A stretch of 63,307 nucleotides of DNA, the filler included, from Pelomyxa schiedti (taxonomy: Eukaryota > Protista > Evosea), in assembly GCA_020536535.1 (NCBI GenBank). It is 4 parts of 4 records of this genome, joined end to end, with 100 filler letters (N's around TTAATTAATTAA, not from the genome) between each part and the next. Parts side by side here need not be neighbours in the genome. Positions count along the whole stretch, not along the records: positions 18,467 to 47,800 come from JAHLWZ010000365.1; positions 47,901 to 53,808 come from JAHLWZ010000067.1; 2 more parts are not named here. One strand, 5' to 3'. The position numbers and the translations under genes were made by a program. Positions within the stretch are counted from its first letter, which is position 1. Every line of letters starts with the position of its first letter. A model generated the notes under the pieces. It worked only from the letters and a program-made list of their open reading frames with translations. It ran no database searches and was not told the DNA's origin. Positions 38,801 to 51,330 of the stretch are shown piece after piece.

Positions 38801-40215
38801 TGGTTGAAACAAGGTTGGTTTTGTTATCTTTCAACAAGCAAACACCAAGACATTGTTTGCACAAAGAAAAAAAAAAACTTGTTGTTGCCAGTGGACTGTG
38901 TCCCAAGAGCAGTCACTCACTTGTTTTTGAACAAAATACCAAGCAGAATGCATGCTTTCTTAAGATGGAGGTGCTTATGTTCTCTTATTTTCTGTAGAAG
39001 ATGGCCAATGTGTATCCTGGAGGGGTACAAAGTCTGAGCTGGCAGAGCTGCAAGCACCTCAGGCAAGTGGCACAGCCTGGCTCCAAAAACCCTCAAAACG
39101 ACGCACTATCGCCATCCATCCCGCTCCATCCCCCCTGATGCACCGCGTCCCACCGCGATCCATCCCGCTGCATCCCATCTTGGACGATCCCAGAACCCCA
39201 TTCGATTTTGCCGATTGTATCTTCGTATCACCCGGTACTAGTCAAATGCAGCCATCAAAAGTCAAAATGCATCAGAAGCAATTGCCCCTGTTAAAAACGA
39301 GAGTGAGATATCAGGAAATATTGTGGGTTCGTTTTAAATACCTTGTTTGTAGTAGAGCTTGCTTTGCACTGGCGAAATCGCACACAAATTTGTTTTTTTT
39401 TTGTTTTTAGATCTCGGGTTTGTAGATCCAGACCAATTGGAAGGAAAATGTATGCAGTGTGGCACTAGTTCCCTGCTAAGCTGTGTAAGAGGACACATGT
39501 ACGTGAGTTTAACTTGAAGTCCACAATTAAAAACAAATCCGATGGTGCGACGTGAGGGTGGGCTGTGCGGAATTGAGAGGTACGTGTGCGAGCAGTACTG
39601 CACATAGTGTCCCGGCGTTTCCCAACTATGTTCATTGTCTTCATTGATTAATTCAAGCTCTGGCGAAATCGTGGTTGCTGGTTGTACTCCCGTTTTTGTG
39701 TTAACTGCGTGGTTTGAATAATAAAGGCTGAGGCCTCCCATCGCTCCGGGTTGTCACACCCGCTTATTCTTGACTAAGGTGTGCCCTGCTTTTTATGTAC
39801 TTCTTTCTATTTACACAGACAGCAGGACTAGTGCGGAAACCTTATGACAGGCAACTTTTGTTTCTCGAGCAACTTGCACTGTACTCACCCACCAAGTAAT
39901 TTTTATAACTTCTCCAACAGAAGGTTATGTACTCCCGCATCGATTTCCGGCCATTATTACGTTTCGGTTTTGGCTGTTCTGACATGACCACACCCACACT
40001 TGCAATTCCCCGCACATCTTCCAACACCCTCACCGCACCAGGTGTGGTTACCGGTATACACACTTAATTGCCAAAAACATAAATTTCTTACTGTTTACAC
40101 ACTTTTCCCTCAAAAACTGAAAAATTGTTCTTTTGAAACATATGCACACCTGGAACAACTACCACTCCTCGTTGCAGTTGTTCGTTTTGTTGTATGCTGG
40201 AGCTGCAGCAGGATT

Positions 40216-43200
40216 CTATCCTGATCCATGTACTTGTTTGTTGGTGTTGGTGTCCATGTGTGTATTGTGAGCTGCAGCTTGAGTTGTTTTTGCTGTGGTG
40301 GGATGGTGTGAATGTGAATGTGAATGTGACTCTGAATGGCGGTGCGTGTTTGCAGTGGTTGAGGTACTTGTTGGAGCAACTTCTACGGGTTTCCTATGGT
40401 GATGCTTGTGAGTTTTGCGGGATTCGGTTTCTGTTGTTGTGGAGGTTGCTGTAGCAACAGGGGGTTCCGGGTGTGTGTTTGTGGTGGTGGTAGGTGAAGG
40501 TATGCCAACGCTTTTTTGCGCTCTTTGGTGAGGTTGGTGATGGGACTGTAGAAGTTGGTACTTCTCAAGTTCCTTGTGGCATAACCCCCACCTTTCACAT
40601 AGCTCCCCGTGCTTCCGCGTGCATTCCTCTGGCACACTTGCTTTTTTCATATTTTCATATAACTCCAGCACCCTCAGGTACTTCCCATGATGTGCATCGA
40701 CTGCGGCTGCTATGTCCATTATACTACTTGCCAGATTGCCAACGTTCTTGGTGCGATTAGCAAGACTCTGGATGGCGGACGTCATCGATTCCAGTAACAG
40801 GTTTATTTGTTCAATATCCGTGAGAAAATCTTTATGTTGGACCTATCAGAGTATTAAAGACTGCTTGGTAAAGGTGGATATTTAAGAGTTTTTGGCGCTC
40901 ACCGCTTGGACCGTGTCAACATCTTTCCTAGACACAGTAATTTGGTGTTGAAGCTCCAGTCTTTTCGTAACGAGGGCACTACAAAAGGTACGAATCGATG
41001 AGAAAACCGAAGCTGATGTGCCCTGTATTGTCCCGTCTCCTAACAGTTCATGCTACACACAAGTGAGTGGTAGAAACTTTTGGTGTTGTGGAGTGGACAG
41101 TGCGATTAAGAGAGATGAAGTACAGTGGGTGGGTTTGTTGTAAATGTCAAATGGTACTAAAACCCAACCTGGATCTTAGAGTTCCCAACAAATAGGCTGG
41201 AAAGTTGGACTATCATTTCAGCTCTCAGACCTACCACCAGGCTATTAAACTCGGCCATACCAGTCTGTACATCCCCTAAGCTTGAAAACGAACAAGAATA
41301 TGATGACAGTATAGTAGCCTGGGCCTCAATCCACTTCATGATATGCACATAGAAACCGCGTACTATCTGTTTGTTTGTGAGGAAGACGCTAAACTACACA
41401 ATGGTTAAGTAAGGTAACTGTGTTGGCATTGTGGAGTTGTGATTGAAGTAATTTGATGCCAGACTCGAGGCTGCTGATTTTCTTAACAATGTGACTCTCT
41501 ATCTTTGCAGCTGCGGTATTACTGATCCGTTCTATTGTTTGATCCAGAGCTGCCATTTCTTGCACTGGGATGGAGTCCCTTCCTCCAAAGCGGAGGCCCT
41601 GGAAACAACAAAAAGTGAGATTTGACTGGAAGAGGTTGGAGAGTTCAAGCAAGGGCGGTGTGTGGATTTGGTGGGTGAAAACGATATGATAGCACACACA
41701 GCGAGGGAAAAAGAAGGGAAGGAGGCCCATACCATGGCGGCCTCGTTCGCCTCACGCAGTCTGAGTTGCGCAATCATCTTGTATACCTCACCAAGGATAA
41801 TCTGCTTTGAGGCAGAAGCCTTGGCAACGGCAAGGGACGCGTTTGCTTCCTTAAGGTTTGCCACACTATTCACAACATCGGTGTCTTTCACTTGCACGTC
41901 GACCCATATCTCCAGCTCCTTTTCTTTTGCCTTGACTTCCTGTTGGGTGTTAGCTGGTGGGTGCCATTTTACGCAGTTATTATACCTGATTTGTGGTAGT
42001 ATTGGTAAAGCACTCATCTATTCCCTGCCAGAGGGGTTTTATTTTCTTAAGGATTGCAAGAGCCGCTCGTGAGCGCTCTCGCTTGTTGACAAGCTTGCTT
42101 GACATCACTTCTAGGTTAAGAAATTGATCCTGTTTGGCAGTAATGAGTTGAGATGTAACGTGTAAATTCGTAGAAAACTACTTTTCTCAAGGCATATTCT
42201 GTGTTGGACAGAGACAGGTTGATTGGATTATGCTTGATGCACCAGGATCTTTATCCAGTAAATTAAGTGAAACAGTAAGGGTGAAGGAACATACTCAAAC
42301 TCATTTGCCTCTTTCTCGAAAATGTAAAAATTGGGGTAACTGGAAAACACTGGAGCCAGTGATAGGTGATTTCTTTTTTGAGTTGGTTCATGGAACCGAT
42401 AGTGCTCATTGGAGTAGATGGTGCAAGTGTTAGATGTAAGTTTGTACTCAGCACTTGGAACAACAGTCCATATTAAGTGACCATTGTTCCATAGTGTCTC
42501 GGAAGCTTTGATGACATCACTTTGAGACATAAAGCAAATGTAAAAGTGATGATTAACAGGTGCAATCCTATTTGGTAGAAGAGTTATCATGAGTAGGTAT
42601 TAGATAACTATTTTACACAAGATTAACAAAGCCGAATGTGGATTAGTACCACTGCATGGCTTCGAAGTGTTTTTCAATGTCTTCTTTCTTTGTATTTTTA
42701 TGAAGTCCAAAAATCCTGCGACACAAGGGATTGTCTAGCTCCTCGCGGGCATGTGGGAGCTTCCCGGTGCCTTTGTGATACTCCCATTCCGCCTTTGGCT
42801 GTACAAGAAAAAATTCTTGTGTACCAAGAGAAAATTGCTTGTTGACTAGAGAGAGAGCTGATTGCGGGGTATCAAAAACAATGTAAACGTGCATATGTTG
42901 TTTCAAGCAGCCAACTTCCCAAATCTCAACAGACCTTCAGTTTCCATAAGATACTTAGCATTTGCACCAAGTGGGGAAAAAAAAAAAAAAAAGAAACGCA
43001 AAGCTACAACGCACCCTTCCAATGACTCAAAAAATTCCTTCGTTGACACGTCGATTAGGGTTGCGCCAATGACCCGGAGGGCTGTGTCCGGAATCTCCAG
43101 GGGCTCCGGTGGCCCACGCACCATGACCTCACCGCCACCCATAATTGCTTGCTGCTGGTACCGATGCAAGGGCCTTGCTGCCGCGCTCTCGCCGGTGCGT

Positions 43201-43280
43201 GATTGCGGCGCTCCGACGTGCCTTCGGCCCGGTGCACCGCCACCGCCTCCACGTCGCACGCAACCGACGTCGTGCTGCAT
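40216..43280 (-). CDS. Hypothetical multi-exon protein, paralogue of 18783-21372
   Basis: Shared N-terminal motifs, helical middle region and His/Thr-rich tail. Confidence 0.7.
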
Positions 43281-43496
43281 CTTTAGGTAGGGTTTTGGTG
43301 CTTGCTTATCTTTTCGTGGTGGTGTAGTCAGGCGATACGGTGGTGGCGTGTCACCTCGAGCAGTTTTTTGTTGTGTTTTTCAACCGAGATCAAAGGCTCG
43401 GCAAATATTGCCAATTCCGAGATTCCAAGAAACACTACGTCATGTTCAGATTCTATGTCATAGCTGACTGAGACGATTTACAGCGGTTTTAGTTTA

Positions 43497-44404
43497 CACT
43501 GTGATTTCGAATCACACCCAGAGTGGGTTCCAAGCTGTTCCCAAAGGGTGGTCTCAAAATGTGAAAAAACACTACCCAAGTGGAGAAGGTGGAGGTAAAA
43601 TCACAACGGGCTCGATGTGGGAGCTCCCAATGTGGACACACAGTGGTCCCCAGGTGGTCCCTGTTCCAGCCCCATGTACTTTCTGAAAGCAAATAATTTT
43701 TTTTCTTTTGCCTGAAGTGGAAAACCAACTTCAGGCCAGGAATGGAAGTGTGGAGTGCAGGAGCCCAGGGTGGGGTGTGTAGGAGTGAGAGCGAGAGAGC
43801 GAGCGAGATAGAGAGCGAGCGAGATAGAGAGCGAGCGAGATAGAGAGCGAGCGAGATAGAGAGCGAGAGAGCGAGAGAGCGAGTGAGCGAGAGACGAGAG
43901 AGAGAGCGAGAGCAAGGGCAAGGGCTGTTAGTGCCGAGGTGAAGTGGGTGGAGGCGGAAGTAAAGCCTGGCATTGCACTCTGTTCATCAGCCCTTCTGGC
44001 ATCCAGGGTCCTGTTGTCGTTGAGTGGGGTGATGTTAAAAAGGGAATGTACCTTGGTCATAGATTGAGCAGGCAGGTCGGCCTACACCTAAATAATATCT
44101 TGAGCCTGTAGAAAAAGTCAAAAAAAAAGAAGAAGCCACCAACCAGAAGGAGGTCACAAAGTGCCAGAAATGCAGAAAAGGGCAGGGACAGTCTTCGCAT
44201 TTACCTGTCATGGTTTAGTGGGGGTGATTATACAAAGCGAGAGGGGGATTTACCTTCTTGGTGATGACAGGCTTTCATCTCAGCAGCCGGCAAGTTGCTG
44301 CTACACCTGGTCTCAAGTGTGAGAAATCGAAAAAGAAAAACAGAGAAATACCTGCAGTTCAAGTCTGCCTTGCTTGGATGCCGCAGAAATCGAAAAAGAA
44401 AAAA
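43497..44404. repeat. Dispersed repeat family A copy (runs into gap)
   Basis: Starts CACTGTGATT; highly similar to 45514-46433. Confidence 0.88.
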
Positions 44405-44504
44405 NNNNNNNNNNNNNNNNNNNNNNNNNNNNNNNNNNNNNNNNNNNNNNNNNNNNNNNNNNNNNNNNNNNNNNNNNNNNNNNNNNNNNNNNNNNNNNNN
44501 NNNN

Positions 44505-45328
44505 TCCCCTTTGTTGGAACACCACCCTCCCACAACCCAGTGAACGACGATCCATCCCTGCTCCACGTCTTGGTTCCTTCACCGTGCTCCTTGCCGCCGA
44601 CCCACTGGCCATCATACCTGTCACCATTTGCCCACAGCCTCACACCCCGACCATGGAACACATCATCCTTCCACTCACCAACATAACTCCCACCCTTGCT
44701 GTTGTTGCCTCCATAATCACCACCACCGCCAAACAGGATACTCCCTGTTCCACATTTCTTGCCGTGATCAAATTGACCATGGTAGATGTCACCCGAGCCA
44801 TCAGGTGACACCCACGTTCCCACACCGTGCCACTTGCCCCTGTCCCACTCGCCCTCATACACCGTGACCACCATTTTTACTGTGGCCCCCCCCCTTGGTT
44901 GTCATCCTCCTTTGCACGCCCCACCCCTGCATCTCATGACAGTTTGCCGTTGCGTTCCACACCCACTCGCCATCCCACACATCCACACCGTTGCTGTCGT
45001 GCCACGTTCCCCTTTTCCTGTGGTCGTCCCTGTACAGCCCCTCGAACCACGGGCCATCGGCCCAGTGGTGCACACCCCACCCATCCCTCTTGCTGTTGAG
45101 CCACTCTCCCTCGTGGGTTTCGCCATTGTGCCACTTGGACACCCCTCGGCCCGTCCTGGCTCCGTTGAGCCACACACCGTTGCACGTGCCGCCGTGTGGC
45201 CATTTTATGGTGCCCCTGCCGTCGGGTTTGCCATCGACCACCCGACCAGTGTACGTTGTGCCAGGCATTACCAAAATGTTGTCAACAACCATTGTCACCA
45301 CACTGACGGCTGGTTTGTTTGCGGCCAT
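44505..45328 (-). CDS. MORN-repeat protein, 3' cut by gap; +1 frameshift in a C9 run at 44886-44894
   Basis: Close paralogue of 56700-57518, where the same run is C8 and in frame. Confidence 0.75.
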
Positions 45329-45513
45329 GGTTGATGGGGAAAAAATGGTTGGTCTTAAGACACGATTCCAGTTTTGGGGTGGTTTCTACCCTGAAGCTTT
45401 TTCTCGTCATGCAGTACAAGGAAGAAAAAGGGAATCGCAGCCGACTACCATTGTCACAACTGGTAATGCCTTGGTAATGCCAGGGGGGTGGTCGTTGTTT
45501 GTTATTTAAATAT

Positions 45514-47277
45514 CACTGTGATTTCGAATCACACCCAGAGTGGGTTCCAGGCTGTTCCCAAAGGGTGGTCTCAAAAATGAAAAAACACTACCCAAGTGGA
45601 GAAAGTGGAGGTAAAATCACAACAGGCTCGATGTGGGAGCTCCCAATGTGGACACACAGTGTTCCCCAGGTGGTCCCTGTTCCAGCCCTCCTCCCCATGT
45701 ACTTTCTGAAAGCAAATAATTTTTTTTCTTTTGCCTGAAGTGGAAAACCAACTTCAGGCCAGGAATGGAAGCGTGCAGGAGCCCAGTGGGGTGGTGGGGT
45801 GTAGGAGTGAGAGAGCGAGAGAGCGGAGAGAGCGAGAGAGCGGAGAGAGCGGAGAGAGCGCGAGAGCGGAGAGAGCGCGAGAGCGGAGAGAGCGCGAGAG
45901 CGGAGAGAGCGTGAGAGCGAGAGAGCAAGAGCAAGGGCAAGGGCTGTTAGTGCCGAGGTGAAGTGGGTGGAGGCGGAAGTAAAGCCTGACATTGCACTCT
46001 GTTTCGTCAGCCCTCCTGGCATCCAGGGTCCTGTTGTCATTGAGTGGGGTGATGTTAAAAAGGGAATGTACCTTGGTCATAGATTGAGGAGGCAGGTTGG
46101 CCAACACCTAAATAATATCTTGAGCCTGGAGAAAAAGTCAAAAAAAAAGAAGAAGAAGAAGAAGCCACCAACCAGAAGGAGGTCACAAAGTGCCAGAAAT
46201 GCAGAAAAGGGCAGGGACAGTCTTCGCATTTACCTGTCATGGTTTAGTGGGGGTGATCACCCAAAGAGAGAGGGGGATTTACCTTCTTGGTGATGGCAGG
46301 CTTTCATCTCAGCAGCCGGCAAGTTGCTGCTACACCTGGTCTCAAGTGTGAGAAATTGAAAAAGAAAAACAGAGAAATACCTGCAGTTCAAGTCTGCCTT
46401 GCTTGGATGCCGCAGAAATGGAAAAAGAAAAAAAGGAGGAGTCACACAAATGCGGGAAAAGAAAAAAACTGGGATTGGAGGTGAGGCCATACTGGGGGGG
46501 AGACAATGAAACTTAGGCGAAAACCTGATGAGGAAAAGCGGAGCAGAGCTGCACACGCAATTCCCCTGAGTGGCATCAGTAAGGGATACCTATTATGTTT
46601 AAGTTTGGTTGGGGTGACGATGAAAAGGGAGAGGGATTTACTATGGTGACCTGGCTGTCATGGCAAGTCCAGTCCACCACCAACTGTACAAGGTGAAACG
46701 AGAAAAAGAAGAAATAAGAAGCCATACCAGTGAGTGGCTGAGCTGCTGAAAGTCACAGAGGGCCCCAGTGCCAACACTCCCATGTGCATAAAGCGTGAAT
46801 GCAGAAAAGGACCTAGAGGGGAGTTATATGGGGGGGGGGACTCAAGAAGAGGAATACTGGTGGAATGGAGCCGACCCGCACACACATTCTGCTGACATCG
46901 GCAACACCTCCTGGTTTTCAAATGTGAGAAGTCGAAAAAAAAACGGAGAAGAGCAATGGAAACATACCGCTGCTCCTCGTCATGGATCTTCAATGACCTG
47001 TGTTGTTGTGACAAGAACAAAAACAGAAAGAGGACTAAATGAAAACGAAATAAAACAAACTTTAACACGAAAAACAAAGCAAAACAAAAAGAACTGATTG
47101 CATCGTTGCCTCAGCAGTTCGGGAAAAAAAAAAACAAAACAAAACCGAGAAACAACAACAAAAGATCGGTGCGATAAAACACAATAAAATTAAAAACAAA
47201 CAAAGAAAACAACATCGGGAAAAAAAAACCGATACCGAACAACAGAACGTTCCAAAATGTGATGGTCTGTCGCACCA
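45514..47277. repeat. Dispersed repeat family A, long copy
   Basis: Colinear with 4162-5953. Confidence 0.88.
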
Positions 47278-47319
47278 GTCTTGTTTTTGTTGTTGTTGCG
47301 CTTTCGGTTCCGTTCCGCA

Positions 47320-47621
47320 CCCACGGCCGTTGCTGTGGTGCCAGGTCCCCCTTTTCCACTGGTTGTCCCTCCACAGCCCCTCAAACCACCGTCCGGCCAC
47401 TGGTACACACCCCAGCCGTCCTTCCACCCGCCGTCGTAGGGGTTGCCGTTGGTCCATTTGCAGGTGCCCCGGCCGTCGCGCTCGCCGTCGACCAGCCGAC
47501 CAGCGTACACGCCGCCGCCAGCGGACGAGGCGTCGTCGTAAACAAACACCTTCACCGCACCCTCTGGACCCCACTGCTCTACCTGTTTCGTTGCCATTAG
47601 TCTGATGAAAGGGCTTGTCAA
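47320..47621 (-). pseudogene. Truncated, frameshifted MORN gene
   Basis: YAGRLVDGERDGRG...WGVYQWPDG, then a frame change to WFEGLWRDNQWKRGTWHHSNG; ends near repeat A. Confidence 0.7.
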
Positions 47622-47800
47622 CGCGTACTTCTAAAATTCGATTTATTAAATGTGGGAAAACCCAACACAGGCAATGCCTACTGCAAGAAAAGTCGTCGGT
47701 GTTGTTGCCGCCACCACGGTTGTTGACGACACGTGTGGAGGGGCAACTGGAAAAGGGGAAGGACCTTTCACCACTGCCGCAACGGCCTGGATGTGATAAA

Positions 47801-47900
47801 NNNNNNNNNNNNNNNNNNNNNNNNNNNNNNNNNNNNNNNNNNNNTTAATTAATTAANNNNNNNNNNNNNNNNNNNNNNNNNNNNNNNNNNNNNNNNNNNN
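47801..47900. other. Artificial contig linker
   Basis: N-TTAATTAATTAA-N. Confidence 0.95.
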
Positions 47901-48233
47901 ATAATACGAAGGGGGAGGCGGAAGCACAGCCGCAACGGCAACTGCATCGTCGACATCGCACCCACCACCGCCATCAACACCACCGACACCCTGGGCAGGG
48001 TAGGGGTGCAGGGTGTCAATCTGTTGTTGTTGTTGTTGTTGTTGTTGTTGGATGGGTGTTGTTATTGGATCTACTGGCTGATGGTCATCGGCAGGGTAAC
48101 AGGGCGGAGGGGGAGGCGGGGGCGGGGGCAATTGAAACACCACCGCATCGTAATAATCTCCTGCTTGCCGCTGCTGTTGCTGTTGTGGTGATGCCACGGC
48201 GGCACCACTAGCCCCCTCGCCGTCTCCGTTCAT
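47901..48233 (-). CDS. N-terminal fragment of low-complexity (Q/P-rich) protein, cut by contig end
   Basis: ATG ORF open to the linker. Confidence 0.5.
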
Positions 48234-48553
48234 TTTTGTATTTTGATTTGGTCATCACCCGAAGGATTTCGGAAGCACACTGGAGACCTCTTAGTTGCGC
48301 TCATCCAAAACCAAAGAGAATCCAACAATCGTCCAGGGAGAATGAAACTACAGCTATCGATTTCTCGTAAGACAAGCAGGACTGTTTGCTCGTCTCTGAT
48401 GGAATTGTGGTGTTTTTTTTATTCAGCCAATTGGTCTGCATCATCAGAGATGAAAGAACCGTTGAACAGTTGAAGAAGCTGTAGCTGCGGAATTTTTAAG
48501 ATTTAAAAGGATGACACAACGCACGAAGCTTAGCGGAAAACACAGTGCACGTG

Positions 48554-49786
48554 ATGGACGGGCGAGGTGGTGGGGGTAATCCCTCCCATGAGTACGAGTG
48601 GCCAGGCGCAGGTGCCGACACCTTCAGCCTTTTCGTTGGTCTGGGAATTACAACTGCGCAGGGGAGTGGCGCCGACGGGGAGGCCTCATCCGCGTCGGCC
48701 CCACCGGTGGCCCACGGCGATGACGTCATCAAAAGGCGGGCATTNNNNNNNNNNNNNNNNNNNNNNNNNNNNNNNNNNNNNNNNNNNNNNNNNNNNNNNN
48801 NNNNNNNNNNNNNNNNNNNNNNNNNNNNNNNNNNNNNNNNNNNNTCAGCCTTTTCGTTGGTCTGGGAATTACAACTGCGCAGGGGAGTGGCGCCGACGGG
48901 GAGGCCTCATCCGCGTCGGCCCCACCGGTGGCCCACGGCGATGACGTCATCAAAAGGCGGGCATTGGAGGCCAGGGCTGCGTGCCAGTTGCTTCACAACC
49001 ACAAGTCAATAAGCCTTTTTATTTAAAACCCGCATTAATTATGTAACCTTGCTTACAAATCCTCAAGGTGGATACGGGAATTCAAATTCGTGGAACCGAG
49101 GGTTAAGTTGAATCACATGTACAAGTACATTATAGAGAAAGCTAAAACTATGAAATCTGAAGGAGTGACTCCTTCAGTTTTGGATATAGGTTTCCACCAT
49201 TTGTGCATTTGTTTTCCCTTGCTGACTTCTTCAAGGGTGTTGTATGGGCACTGATTTGAGACAAATGTTTGTGGATGGAGTGACTATTCCGGAGAATTCT
49301 GTTGGGATTGACTGCATACCGGAGTACTTTGATATCGGCCACAAGATGTTTGCCGGGACGGGACCCCAATACACGCCGGTGTTACGCAACTGCAATGCAC
49401 TTGATGACGCCCAAGTTGATTCCGCAGTAACAACTCCTTCCGGTACTGCTCCCCCATATGACATTATCTATACCGGGGCTTTTCTTCACCTACTGGACTA
49501 CGCTGGAGCTGAGCACGTAGCTTCCACAGTAAGAAGACTGCTCAAGCCCGGGGGTATATTCTTTGGCCGAACTCTGTCATCCTCACAGGCCTCTGACACC
49601 GGCATCATGGACACCATGGCATCTTGTGGCAATGTGAAGCTTCTTATATTCACCGCGGCGTCAATTGAATCGTTCCTACACCGATTTGGATTCACTAAAG
49701 TCTCCACATCAGCATCAGCACCAGATGCCCAATGGTCATTCCCCATTGACACAATGCTATCCTTCTTTTGTACTCTGGCCCTCTGA
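48554..49786 (+). CDS. Class I SAM-dependent methyltransferase (resembles fungal AusD/Trt5-type)
   Basis: LDIG/CCMGTDLRQM..DG...GID, YDIIYTGAFLHLL and RRLLKPGGIFFG. Confidence 0.8.
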
Positions 49787-49983
49787 ACGAGTGCATTCTT
49801 TTGAAATATAACATTATTCAATAACTGTGGCACATTCACCCCAATTGAGCTCTGGAAACAATGTTTCCTTTTTCTTTGCTTAGACAAGCGAAGTGAATGA
49901 GAAGTTGGATTTCAAAAAGAGTCATAGGGGAGCATGGCAATGCACACTCCCCCATCTGTTATTCATTGAGAAAGGGGAAAACA

Positions 49984-51046
49984 TCAGTGTTTCTTGGAAC
50001 AGCGGCTGCGTTTTGAGGATGGAGGTGAGGGTCTTTCTGTGGTTGGTGATGCGGTGTCGGCTCCGGCGTCCTTGTTCCTGGGCCTCTTGCTGGGAAGTGA
50101 GACTGCTGTTTCGTTGGGGTAGTCGTCGTCAGGGGCAGGCGGATGTTTGTTGCTGGCGGTGTCAGTCTTGAAGTACACCCTCTTCTTCTTCTTGTGCTTT
50201 GTGGGCACAGTGTTTGGCTTTGAGGGGACTGTTGTTGATGACGAGGATGAGGCGGTGGATGTTGATGATGATGAGGGTTGGGGGCCGGCTTTGTGCTTTG
50301 TTGTGGGGGTGGTTGAGTCGTGGGAATGATGGGCCTTTTGGGAACTCTTTTGCTTTGGACTTTCTTCTTTTCCAGTGTTTGTGATCCCTGGTCCTGTGAA
50401 ATGTGAGTTGTTGTTGAGGTTACTGGCAGATTTTACCTGGGTCACCTGGCTTTTTCTTTGCCGGGGACTCTTCATCTTCACTTTCGCTATCTGGGGAGGA
50501 TTCAGAGTCTTCACTATCTTCACTGTGGGGTTTTTTGTCACAAATGCTGGCGTTTTTGAAAGCGGGTGTTTCCAGCAGTGTGAGCATCTTGTCATGCGAT
50601 AAAAAGTAGACTGTGTCACTGTAACCATCCTGTATCGGTGTTACCACCGAGTTTGTGAATTCCAACGTAGCTAGAAAAAGAATAAACTCACAGGGCCAGA
50701 ATCCCATTGTGCTAATTTGTATTCTTCAGGAATGAGATAATGGTAAATGAGAGACGCGTCACAATCATCCTCATCAGAATGAAACTTACCACCACCCTCA
50801 ACAACACTCTTTAATTCATATCGTACCTGGGAAAGGTTCATAACCAGTTACAAGTGCAAGACATAAAGAGACAGAATAAGGTACCGCCTTGCAACGGTCT
50901 TTCTCGTCGTAATACTCGTCGCCACCCTTGCGAAGTGCTTTTCTGATCTCATCGAGGGTTACTGTGCGCGCGTAGTCGCGTGGCACCATGCCCACGTACG
51001 ACGAACTCGAACTGTTGCTCACAAACCCATGCGAAGCCTTCACCAT
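49984..51046 (-). CDS. Hypothetical protein with Ser/Lys-rich low-complexity C-terminus
   Basis: Spliced ORF pieces; boundaries uncertain. Confidence 0.35.
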
Positions 51047-51330
51047 CGTTGTATAACTTGCAGTTCTGCCTTTGCCATTCGAGCAAGATCTTATGAACCA
51101 GCTGTGCCGGGCATTAGTGTCACAAACGCACCTTCATTTCAAACAAAATTTGGTTTTACTGGAAATCACCAATGCCTGGGTGCCGATGCAGTTGATGTCT
51201 TGGAGTCACCATCCTTGTTGTGGTGGTTCTTTGCCTCTTGGTGGGAAGGGATTTTGTTCGTTTCTCAGTTGCAGCACTCTTTTTTTCTCAGCTTTCTTGG
51301 AACAGCCCGCAATCAAAAACCAAACGGCTA

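Noticed and set aside
39334-40200. Possible small Cys-rich or hypothetical minus-strand exons
   Set aside because: Could not build a coherent gene model or recognise a domain
48624-48965. ~121-bp direct repeats either side of 100-N gaps (also 60491-60832 and 62546-62887)
   Set aside because: Same length at each gap, and collapsing them restores the reading frame. These are unmerged scaffold overlaps.
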